Shown here: piece after piece, positions 21,128-30,219 of the stretch | Layout: every line of letters begins with the position of its first letter | Position numbering within the stretch: position 1 is the stretch's first letter | Notes under the pieces: model-generated | The model's database searches: none | What the model was told of the DNA's origin: nothing | What the model saw: the letters and a program-made list of their open reading frames with translations, nothing else | Program-made: the position numbers and the translations under genes | Assembly (NCBI GenBank): GCA_963719315.1 | Contig: CAVRBU010000004.1 | Span: 288,001 to 352,000 of the forward strand | Origin: an uncultured Planctomycetota bacterium | GTDB taxonomy: Bacteria > Planctomycetota > Planctomycetia > Pirellulales > Lacipirellulaceae | DNA length: 64,000 nt | Direction: 5' to 3'

Positions 21128-23413
21128 TCTCCACATTCGACGCATTTCTGCGGTCCTGGCCCGTCGCACCTTGGCTTGCCGCGACGCTCTTGGTTTCCGC
21201 TTGCCTCTACGCGCGCGGTTGGCGTCAGCTTTATTACCGCGACCCCGAACGCTGGCACGCCGGGCGTCTTATCGCATTTCTGGCCGGTCTTGCCGCTGTT
21301 TATCTGGCTCTTGCTTCGCCCATTGAACCGTTCGCGTTATTGCTGCTCTCGGTCCACATGCTGCAGCACCTACTGTTGATGATGATTGCCCCACCGCTGA
21401 TTTGGCTCGGTTGGCCGCTGTTTCCGCTAATTCGCGGTTTGCCCGAACCTGTGCGCACGTATTGGGTCGTCCCCCTGCTGCGATATCGCCCGTTGCGAAA
21501 CACGTTCGGCTGGCTCACGCACCCCTTCGTCGCTTGGACGTTGTACGTGGCCATGACGTGGCTTTGGCACATTCCGCCCATTTATGAACTGGGTCTTGCG
21601 AATGACGATTGGCACTTCATTCAGCACGCCTGCTTCATCGCGAGCGCCATGCTTTTCTGGTACCCGGTCGTGCGGCCTTACCCTGGCCGACCGCGCTGGC
21701 CTAACTGGTTGCTATTTCCGTACCTGCTACTGGCCGACGTGCAAAACACACTCCTGGCGGCATGGCTCACCTTCTCACCGCGCGTCCTGTACCCTCATTA
21801 CTTGCAAATCCCACGTCTCGACGGCATCTCGGCACTCAGCGATCAGCGCGTTGCCGGCGTGTTGATGTGGGTACCCGGCTCGATCGTCTTTCTCGTGCCG
21901 CTGTTCTGCCTCGGTGTCGCCTATCTATTTGGGACGGATCGCGAAACCAAGCGGCGACGCACGCGACTTCCTATCTTCAAACCACAGCCGCCGGTACCAG
22001 CATACGACCTGCTCACCACGCCGGTGTTTGGCCGCTTTTTCCGCTGGCGACACGCGCGTCGCACGTTGCAACTGGTACTCTTTGCCGTCGCCGCGATTGT
22101 CATCTACGACGGTTTACGCGGCCCGCAAGTTGCACCGGTGAATCTGGCCGGAGTGCTCCCGTGGATACACTGGCGTGGTGCGGTGATCCTGTCGCTCCTC
22201 GTTGGGGGCAACTTCTTTTGTATGGCGTGCCCGTTCACGCTGCCGCGCTTCGCTCGCCCGCCGTTCGCTGTTCTCCAGCCGCCCGTGGCCGCGGTGGCTG
22301 CGCAGCAAATGGCTCGCCGCCGCGCTGGTCGCCATCTTTCTCTGGAGTTACGAAGCGTTCGCACTTTGGGATAGCCCCTGGATAACGGCCTGGATCGTCA
22401 TTGGTTACTTTGTCGCCGCGTTTGTTGTCGATAGCCTGTTCACCGGTGCAGCCTTCTGTAAATACATGTGCCCAATTGGCCAGTTCAACTTCGTACAGTC
22501 GCTCATGTCGCCGCTCGAAGTCGCCGTCCGCGAACCAGCCGTTTGCAGCACCTGTTCCTCCAAGGAATGCATTCGTGGAAGTGAGAACATCCTCGGTTGC
22601 CAGACGCATCTCTTCCAACCGCACAAGCACGGCAACCTCGACTGCACGTTTTGTCTAGACTGCGTCCACTCCTGCCCGCACACCAACGTGGGCCTACTCG
22701 CGACCGTGCCCGGACACGCGCTCTGGACCGACCCCGTTCGTTCTGGAATCGGTCGATTCAGCCGCCGCCCCGACCTGGCTGCGTTGGTGCTCGTACTCGT
22801 TTTCGGCGCGTTCGCCAACGCGGCCGGCATGATCGAGCCGGTCGTCCAGTGGCAAGACCGACTCCGGCTTGCGCTCGGCGATCCGCCGCGACTGGTGATC
22901 ACCACCGCCAGCTACCTCGTCGCGCTCATCGTACTTCCGCTGGTCGTTGTCGCACTTGCCGCGACGATCAGCCGTCGCTGGGCCAGGCTTGCTGGTTCCA
23001 CAGTTACCACCGCCACGCGATTCGCCTTCGCCTTGGCGCCGATCGGGTTCGGCATGTGGCTCGCCCATTACAGCTTCCATTTCTTTACGAGTTGGGACAC
23101 GATCATCCCTGCCACGCAGCGCTTCGCCGCCGACCGCGGCTGGACAGCATTCGGTGAACCGGTCTGGCGATGCGCTTGTTGTCAGGGAACGGCCGCTTGG
23201 ATCCCCCGCGTTGAGATTCTGATGCTCGATTTCGGCTTGCTGGGCTCGCTGTACACCGGCTTCCGCATTGCCGAGGCAAGCACCTCGAGCACGGCCCGAG
23301 CGTTAAGGGCTTTCGCACCTTGGGCGACACTCATGGTGCTGCTATTCGTGCTGGGAGTGTGGATCGTGTTTCAGCCGATGGAGATGCGCGGTACGCTGAC
23401 GCTTTCGGGGTAG
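21124..23413 (+). CDS. Caa3_CtaG cytochrome oxidase assembly domain fused to a membrane polyferredoxin (NapH/MauN-like) domain; frameshift at about 22250
   Basis: HMLQHLLL, WH.P, HFIQH, DQ..AG.LMW in the first frame. CMACP, CKYMCP, CSTCSSKEC and CTFCLDCVHSCP continue across the shift. Confidence 0.78.
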
Positions 23414-23458
23414 AGCCCGCTCACTTCAAGACAACGTGATAGGCAGTAGAGGTAGAGA

Positions 23459-24135
23459 ATGTCTCACGCAAAGGCGCAAAGGCGCAAAGAATATCTTGGT
23501 GAACTTTGCGCCTTTGCGGCTTTGCGCGAAGTCTTCTTGAGTGTTTACAGCGCGCGACGCAATTGTCATTCTAGATTCGTTGCTCGAAGAATTGCAGCGA
23601 TCGTTTCGATACTCGTATTGTTCAGTGGCGCCGGTTGCGGGATTGCGTTCGCCGACGGCGGGAAATTGCGTGTGATGCAACATCATGGGGACCAGCAAGT
23701 GACGGTCTTCACTTCGCCCAATCCATTGCGCGCCGGTCCGATCGACGTAAGCGTACTGGTGCAAGACGCGAAAACCGGCCAGGCCGTCACCGACGCCGCC
23801 GTGATCGTCGAGCTCGCGCGGCCCGATGATTCCATCCCGCCCATCCGCACCGCCGCCACAACGGCCACCGCCACCAATAAACTTCTGTATGCCGCGCAAT
23901 TGGAACTCCCCTCCCCGGGCTTTTGGGACGTTTGTGTCCAGTGCAGCATCCCGCCGCAGACGAGGACAGAAGACACCTCACTGAGGTCCGATTTACGATG
24001 GAAGCCTCACCGCCGCTACCGCGCTGGCTCTTCGTTTGGCCGTGGTTTGCTTGGCCAATCGTCGCGGTGCTGCTGTTCGCGCTGCACCGAAAACTCGTCG
24101 CCCGAAGTACATCCGACGCCACGAGCTCCGGCTAA
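23459..24135 (+). CDS. Exported YtkA/FixH-like protein with C-terminal TM anchor (start uncertain; frameshift at about 23970)
   Basis: Signal peptide ending AFA-DGG, VTVFTSPNPLRAGPIDVSVLVQD, YAAQLELPSPGFW. TM tail WPWFAWPIVAVLLFALHR lies in the other frame. Confidence 0.55.
23462..23529. repeat. Palindrome of tandem CGCAAAGG / CTTTGCG units
   Basis: CACGCAAAGGCGCAAAGGCGCAAAG ... CTTTGCGCCTTTGCGGCTTTGCGCG. Confidence 0.75.
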
Positions 24136-24364
24136 GTTTGCCATGTGATCGCGCAAAATCGAGCTTGGTCCGTGCCGATCTGATACAGGCCGAGTACCGA
24201 GGCGCGCAAAGCCGGCAAGCCGGGTGTGACGGTGGCAGCGGCATGGCGCGGTTCTCCCAAGGTGGGAGCACAAAACGGAATCTTCCGTTTTCGCCTCTGA
24301 GAAACACCGCATCGCAGAACGCTCAGCCGGTAGGAATTGCGCTTGTTTCGGTGGGAATCTTACG

Positions 24365-24408
24365 AATGGAGCCGAAGGGACTCGAACCCTCGACATCTAG
24401 CTTGCAAA
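24365..24408 (-). repeat. Perfect 44-bp copy of tRNA-Ala 3' half (att between islands A and B)
   Basis: AATGGAGCC...CATCTAGCTTGCAAA is identical to 40078-40121 and ends in the anticodon loop. Confidence 0.95.
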
Positions 24409-24697
24409 TTTGGTCATGCACAGCCGTATACTAAGAGTTTTATTCGGCAATTCCTGTATCAAACGCTGATTGTACCAGCTTGCAATTCCATTGCAAAGCG
24501 TTGCAATTTATTCCGATGAATTGCGGTAGTTCAAGAGATGGGCTGCGCAAAGCGGTAGTTTACCGTTTTGGCTTTTCCAGAATTCACGCCGCACAGCCCC
24601 ACAGCCTTCCGATCCGATCCAGCGGAAGATAACTCACCCGCTGCCGTCGGAGCGTGTTACGTGACGACGTGGTCGGCCTCAGAGTATCATCGGCGCC

Positions 24698-24886
24698 ATG
24701 GCCCAAGATCGACGCCAAGAATTGATCCAACTGCTGGCCGACATCGACCAGCAGATCACCGAAGCCCAGCGGGTCATGGTTGACTGCCCAGAGGACAAGA
24801 TCATTCTCGCGGCGTCCGCCCAACTGATTGAGCTACGGGCCGCCCTAGAGCGGGTTGAGACACTATTTAGCGAAAGTCGGGATTAG
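24698..24886 (+). CDS. Small helical hypothetical protein (paralog family 1)
   Basis: 62 aa amphipathic helices; TATCAT lies 7 nt before the ATG; similar to ORFs at 25789 and 29369. Confidence 0.6.
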   Translation: MAQDRRQELIQLLADIDQQITEAQRVMVDCPEDKIILAASAQLIELRAALERVETLFSESRD

Positions 24887-25055
24887 CAGTCGCACAGGAT
24901 GCCCCAGGAATTGCGCCGACAGTTCATTGCGACATTGGGTAGGCCTGACCTACTGCGGCCTTTATTCTCCCCTGGTGGATATCTGGCATTAGGTGACAAT
25001 GTGGCTAACAGCCGCTTCGGCTACGTTGGATCATTCATCGAAAGGATTCGTTTCA

Positions 25056-25361
25056 ATGTCCATAGCATCCGCCGAGACGAACGCAGTCAGAGATTTGCAG
25101 CAGTTCGTTAACGACATTTGCGCATCGAATGGCGGCACAGTCTCGCACTCCGATACCGACTTTATAGCACGCATACCCGCCAGCATCGTGAGCCGTGCCG
25201 ATGTGCACAACACATTCCTGCAACTGCATCCCGAGCATGAGAAGTTCCGTAAACGGCTTTCGAGCGTGGGCATGAGCAATCCCCACCTTTGCGACGAGCT
25301 GTGGCAGGCGGCGCAAGCCCGAGCTCACAAAAACCATCCTGCCGCTCGCCCCATCCGTTAA
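25056..25361 (+). CDS. Hypothetical protein (paralog family 2)
   Basis: AAGGA RBS; shares VSRAD...F..LHPEH..FR with the ORF at 26557. Confidence 0.7.
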   Translation: MSIASAETNAVRDLQQFVNDICASNGGTVSHSDTDFIARIPASIVSRADVHNTFLQLHPEHEKFRKRLSSVGMSNPHLCDELWQAAQARAHKNHPAARPIR

Positions 25362-25493
25362 TCGCTGTAATTAAGGCAGCATCGACGTTAAGCTCTCCCT
25401 TTGCCGTAAATTGGTCCCTCTGGGTTGGCGGAGATGAGCGTCAAAGGACCGATAGTTGATACGTGGGAGTGGCGGAATGCTATACTGGTTTCC

Positions 25494-25688
25494 ATGTCAA
25501 TTAACTTGCGTTGCTCATTCTGTAACGAATCCGAACAACAAACCGGGCCCCTGCTGGCGAAGATGGATGCCAGCGTAAAGCGCAGCCCTATTCGCATCTG
25601 CAAAGGCTGTGCTAAATTGGCGATCGATGTCATCGATCGGGAAGTCCTGCGACGTGCTGGCGAACGCCCGCGACTCCGTGTGATATAA
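25494..25688 (+). CDS. Stand-alone ClpX C4-type zinc finger protein
   Basis: LRCSFCNES...PLL...IRICKGCAKLAIDVI matches the ClpX N-terminal zinc-binding domain pattern. Confidence 0.7.
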   Translation: MSINLRCSFCNESEQQTGPLLAKMDASVKRSPIRICKGCAKLAIDVIDREVLRRAGERPRLRVI

Positions 25689-25788
25689 CTTTCAGTCCCA
25701 CAATCGCGTCGAACGAGCGCCGATGGGTTGGACCGATGGTTGTTGTGTCCGGTTTTGGCCGCGTCAGCCGCCCCGCTATACTGGCGCC

Positions 25789-25965
25789 ATGGCCTTAGAC
25801 CGACTCAATCGCTTGGTCGCATTACCGGCCGAACTTGAGCAGACGGAGACCCAGGCTGAACACTTGGAAGTTGAAGGGATCGATACAGACATCAATGATC
25901 AATAGCGAGAATTGGTAGCTGCCGCTCGCGTCAAGATCGAAGGGGAGCTGCAATCCCAACAATGA
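25789..25965 (+). pseudogene. Paralog family 1 member with in-frame TAG at 25903-25905
   Basis: Read-through gives MALDRLNRLVALPAELEQTETQAE...DT...Q*RELVAAARVKIEGEL, which aligns with the 29369 ORF. Confidence 0.55.
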
Positions 25966-25989
25966 AACATGTGAACTGTGACTCGCAAG

Positions 25990-26223
25990 TCATTTGCTTT
26001 CACCTTTCTCTACAAGCTTTGCCACTAGGTCGTCGCGATTGTCGGCGTCATACGCATACTGCCGCCCGTCGGCGCTCACGATCACCCGCACACCGGGATG
26101 TTCGCCCTCAACTTCTGCAATGCCGGGTATGCTGAAATCTTCTTTTGATTCCACTCGAATGTTCACCGCGTTTGGATGACATACCTTTGCGGCAATTCGG
26201 ATGTCGTGTTTTGATGCGGGCAT
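25990..26223 (-). CDS. Hypothetical protein
   Basis: 77 aa with a strong AAGGAG RBS and protein-like composition. Confidence 0.55.
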   Translation of the reverse strand: MPASKHDIRIAAKVCHPNAVNIRVESKEDFSIPGIAEVEGEHPGVRVIVSADGRQYAYDADNRDDLVAKLVEKGESK

Positions 26224-26556
26224 TTTTATTCTCCTTGTGAGATGGGCTGCGGAACTACATCCTCAAGCCTATCGTAGTCGAACTCCGCCATTTCGTATTT
26301 AATCGTGAGAAATCCCAAATAAAACCCGGCTGCTGCCCCAACGGCGTCCTGTTCGTCAAGTTGAGTTAATGCTCGCTGATGCGTGGGGCCGCACATTCCG
26401 GGGTGACGCCCACTACTTCCCGAAAATCGGTACTTCAGGATGCCCCAGGAAATGCGCCGAAGGGTCGGGTCGATGGTTGATACCTGCCCTCTGGCGGTTT
26501 TTTGGCGTCGTGGTATCGTTGAGTGCGGGGCCGTACTATCGAACGGAGGCATTGCA

Positions 26557-26850
26557 ATGTCGGAAATGATTGATCGTCAGCGAGCCATTCACGATTACAT
26601 GGCTTTTGTATCTGATCATCGCGCCTCGAAGGCCCGCCACGTTCCTCCCACTGCCGAAGATTTGCCGCCAGTCGAGTCAATTGAAGTGAGTCGCGCGGAC
26701 GCTATGAAAGCCTTTTTTGAGTTACACCCAGAGCACGGTATTTTCCGCCTCGACGTTTCACACGTGTTTGAAGATCAACAGTTGTTTTCGTTCTCAAAAG
26801 AACGCTGGGAGAAAACAACGCGCAAACTTGCCAAGGCCAAGCCCAAGTAG
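26557..26850 (+). CDS. Hypothetical protein (paralog family 2)
   Basis: GGAGG RBS; homologous to the 25056 ORF. Confidence 0.7.
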   Translation: MSEMIDRQRAIHDYMAFVSDHRASKARHVPPTAEDLPPVESIEVSRADAMKAFFELHPEHGIFRLDVSHVFEDQQLFSFSKERWEKTTRKLAKAKPK

Positions 26851-26993
26851 AGTGCCATGCTAATTGAATTGTTGGCGCCGCCAAGGCGGGCCCCACGGCC
26901 AAATGCCTCAGGCCGCCCACGCTACATGATGGCGTGGGCTCTTGCTGTGGGCGTTCGTCAAGCAAATGATCCGACCGGAAGTCCGGCCATCAT

Positions 26994-27041
26994 GCCCGCC
27001 GGCTCGCGACTTCCGACGGGCTAATCGAATTGTAAAGGACC
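26994..27041 (-). repeat. Repeat A copy 1 (boxA-like sequence plus hairpin)
   Basis: GCCCGCCGGCTCGCGACTTCCGACGGGC...AATTGTAAAGGAC; other copies at 29276-29324 and 33945-33992. Confidence 0.85.
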
Positions 27042-27320
27042 ATTCTGCCGCGTTTCCTTCGCGGCCGCAGGGGTTGCGCCGACGGGTCGGGTCGATGGTT
27101 GATGCGCTGGGTTTTCCAGGCGCGCCAAAAACGGTAGTTTACCGCGTGTCTTTGATTCTCATCGCGGCCAATTGTTCCGGGCAATCCTCTAGGCCATTGG
27201 ATTTAGTATCTGTCTACTGCAATACTTTTCAATTATTCTGGAGGTTCCCGGGAGGGCTGTGCGGCTTATCTTTCGTTCGACGGGATTTTGACCGTTGCCA
27301 ACTTTCGACAATTCGAAAAT

Positions 27321-27980
27321 ATGGCGAAGACCAAAGCCGAGTTAGAGCTCGACGATCAGCGGCATCAAAAGTTGATGACCGACGCCCGCGCTGCACTGCA
27401 GCGAGAGTCTTATTTTGACGCAGTTCAAATGGCCGTCTCTGCGCTGCAGCACGTTGACGGAATGATGCAATATGACCGACGGTGGGGTAGCAAGTCTGAG
27501 TTCGAAACAATTGACAGCGTCGCGCTCGTGCTTCGCTATGCACCACTGATATTCGATAGTGACAGCTTGGATCAACTCGCGTCGCTGCTCAAGTCCCAGC
27601 GCCGCATCGACAAGAACTCCGCCGTGGATATCGCGTCAGATCTGGAGGCTTCTGTTTCCACGATGTGGGATGCACATCGTTTGTGGTCCCATTTGGAATG
27701 CGAACACGAGGTTCGCCAGGATGAACTTCGTCGTAAATTCGGCGGTGACCAGGACAAGTGGAGGTGGATTGCAGAAACTTGGGAGCGTATGGGTCTACTT
27801 TGCCGTGTACCAGAAGGCGGTTCATATCGGCTTTCCCTAGTTTCCCGACTAGAAACGCGTGTTCGTGGTAAATGTGCATCATGCGGTGTTACGGGCCAGG
27901 CTGACAAATTTCACTTGTTCCAAGAGATTCAGTGCCCGAAATGTAAAGCTTCCGGCTTTTGGGTGATCATGTTGAGTTGA
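27321..27980 (+). CDS. Hypothetical protein: helical N-terminus, possible winged helix, C-terminal Zn ribbon
   Basis: CASC...CPKC; ends 1 bp before the DUF4041 gene. Confidence 0.75.
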   Translation: MAKTKAELELDDQRHQKLMTDARAALQRESYFDAVQMAVSALQHVDGMMQYDRRWGSKSEFETIDSVALVLRYAPLIFDSDSLDQLASLLKSQRRIDKNSAVDIASDLEASVSTMWDAHRLWSHLECEHEVRQDELRRKFGGDQDKWRWIAETWERMGLLCRVPEGGSYRLSLVSRLETRVRGKCASCGVTGQADKFHLFQEIQCPKCKASGFWVIMLS

Positions 27981-27981
27981 A

Positions 27982-29265
27982 TTGACGCTCTTCGAAAGGT
28001 TTGTTGCAGTGTCTTATTTCATCGTGCTAATTGCTGGCATGGCCGGAGGGGCGCTATGTATGTTTTTCGCGCTTCAAAGAAAGCGCGATGCGATTGAAGT
28101 GTTGCGTCGGCGTCAAACGCAAGAAGCAGAACACCTAAAGAGCACTGCGTCACTTCTGGCGGATCGCGAGGCCCAATTTGGCAAAGAAGTCGATCAATTT
28201 CGCACCGCACAGAACGAGTTTCAGGAAGGCGTTATTTCCTACAAGAACTTGACTGACGAGAATCTAATTCTCAAACGAGACCTAAAGAACTTCGCCGTAT
28301 CTCTCCGCAAGACGAAACTCGATCAACTGACACAACAAAAAGCCCAGGAGACGCTAAATAGTCGGGTTCAAGTTCTAGGCAAGCGATACTTAAAGGACAG
28401 TGTAAAGTGGATTGGTGCATCGCTAAATGTAAATAATTTCGTGGCGTGCAAACAGCGCCTACAAAATAACATCGAACAGTTGCGCGGCGTCGGCTTTGAG
28501 GTAACAGCTAGTGAAGAGGCAGGCTACATCGTTGATTTACGCACCGAATATGAACTCCTGGTGCGGGCAGCATTCGAACGGGAGGAGCAGGCCAGAATCA
28601 AATCTCAAATTCGAGAGGAACAAAAGCTCGAACGGGAACTCCAGCTCGAACGGGAACGGATTGATCGCGAGAAAAAGTTAATTGAAGCAGCATTGGCCAA
28701 AGCAATGGCCGAAGCGAAAGATCAATACAGTGCAGAAGTCGAAAGCTTGAAGGCCAAATTGGCAGAGGCAGAGGCCAATCAGCGTGCTATCTCTCAAGCA
28801 CAAATAACAAAGGCTGGCTATATCTATGTTATCTCGAATATTGGATCATTTGGCGAAGGCGTCTTCAAGGTTGGCATGACGCGACGTTTCGAGCCGATAG
28901 AACGCGTACATGAATTAAGTGATGCGTCCGTTCCATTTCCTTTCGATATTCACATGATGATTTCGTGCGATAACGCGCCGGCACTTGAAAATGCCTTACA
29001 CAAAGCGCTCGTGAAGCAACAGGTCAACAAGATGAATCCTCGGAAGGAGTTTTTCAAGACGGACATTCACACAATTGCTGAACTCGTAAAAGAGCACCAT
29101 GGCGAAGTGCACTATGTGGTGGATGCGGAAGCGCCTCAATACAGGCAGAGCATTGCGATGTCCGACGAGGACATGAAGTTCATTGGGCAAGTTTTCGACG
29201 AGGCGGAAGAGGACAGTCCAGCCTTTGACGGGGAAGCATCGCACGAAATCGCATCATCCTATTGA
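27982..29265 (+). CDS. Membrane-anchored DUF4041 + T5orf172/GIY-YIG nuclease-domain protein
   Basis: N-terminal TM helix, coiled coil, EEQARIKSQIREE, RAISQAQITKAGYIYVISNIGSFGEGVFKVGMTRR, LSDASVPFPFDIH, VNKMNPRKEFF. Confidence 0.9.
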   Translation: MTLFERFVAVSYFIVLIAGMAGGALCMFFALQRKRDAIEVLRRRQTQEAEHLKSTASLLADREAQFGKEVDQFRTAQNEFQEGVISYKNLTDENLILKRDLKNFAVSLRKTKLDQLTQQKAQETLNSRVQVLGKRYLKDSVKWIGASLNVNNFVACKQRLQNNIEQLRGVGFEVTASEEAGYIVDLRTEYELLVRAAFEREEQARIKSQIREEQKLERELQLERERIDREKKLIEAALAKAMAEAKDQYSAEVESLKAKLAEAEANQRAISQAQITKAGYIYVISNIGSFGEGVFKVGMTRRFEPIERVHELSDASVPFPFDIHMMISCDNAPALENALHKALVKQQVNKMNPRKEFFKTDIHTIAELVKEHHGEVHYVVDAEAPQYRQSIAMSDEDMKFIGQVFDEAEEDSPAFDGEASHEIASSY

Positions 29266-29275
29266 GGGCCAGTAC

Positions 29276-29324
29276 GCCCGCCGGCTCGCGACTTCCGACG
29301 GGCCATTTCGAGTTGTAAAAGAAC
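29276..29324 (-). repeat. Repeat A copy 2
   Basis: Same 28-bp hairpin as copy 1, followed by TTGTAAAAGAAC. Confidence 0.85.
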
Positions 29325-29368
29325 GTGGCCGGCGCTTCCAACCGCTCCATCCTCGCTATACTGCGACC

Positions 29369-29560
29369 ATGCACCCCGACTACCGCAAAGCGCTGGTCGC
29401 TCACCTTGCCCGCCTCGACCGCATGGAAAGCGAGGCCGATGACATTCTGAGCGGCCCTGCTGATACATCGCTCGTGGCCCAAGCAGAAGAACTCCGCGAA
29501 CTCATCGTCGAGATGCGAGCGAGCGTTGAGGAGAAGCTGGACCGGATTACGGAGGCGTAG
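29369..29560 (+). CDS. Small helical hypothetical protein (paralog family 1)
   Basis: 63 aa; TATACT lies 6 nt before the ATG; stop codon directly precedes SRAP. Confidence 0.65.
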   Translation: MHPDYRKALVAHLARLDRMESEADDILSGPADTSLVAQAEELRELIVEMRASVEEKLDRITEA

Positions 29561-29562
29561 CA

Positions 29563-30219
29563 ATGTGCGGACGATTCACCTTGCGCCTCCGCTGTCGGTG
29601 CTAATCAAGCAGTTCGCGATCGAGTTGACGGCCGACCAGCAACGGCTGCCATTCGAGCCGCGCTACAACATCCCGCCGACCGTCGATATTCCGGCCATCA
29701 GATTAACGGATGGCGCACGACGGATCGCATTCATGCGTTGGGGCCTGCTGCCATCGTGGACGAAAGACATCAAGCGAGCGCCCCTGCTGAATAACGCTCG
29801 CGCTGAAACAGCCGTCGAAAAGCCTTCGTTTCGGTCTGCGTTCAAGTCCCGCCGTTGCCTCATTCCGTCCGATGGTTTCTTCGAGTGGAAGCGCAGAAGG
29901 TAAGGCTAAGCAGCCCTACGATTTTCGGCGGCCGGATGAGCGGCCGTTTGCATTCGCCGGTCTCTGGGAACAGTGGAATAAGATTGAATCTTGTACGATC
30001 ATTACGACGGAAGCCAATGAAGTGATGTCGCCAATTCACGACCGGATGCCGGTTATACTTAGCCGAAACGACTACGCCGTGTGGCTCGACCCAGCGGCGA
30101 CAGAACTGGGGAAGCTGCTGACGCCATACCCGGCGGACGAATTGATATGCTATCCAGTGAACCCCGTGGTCAACAACGCTCGCAACCAAGGAGCGCAGTG
30201 CATCGAGCCGGTTCAATGA
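29563..30219 (+). CDS. SOS response-associated peptidase (SRAP/HMCES/YedK family); two frameshifts at about 29585 and 29895
   Basis: MCGRFTL start, PRYNIPPT, RWGLLPSW, NARAET, RRCLIPSDGFFEW, FAGLWE, IHDRMPVIL. Confidence 0.88.

Larger units (their letters stand above)
5842..24366. mobile_element. Genomic island A integrated at tRNA-Ala; respiratory and carbohydrate cargo; no intact integrase
   Basis: Bounded by two tRNA-Ala 3'-end copies. End architecture (palindromes, TGCAATT repeats, spacing) mirrors island B. Confidence 0.75.
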
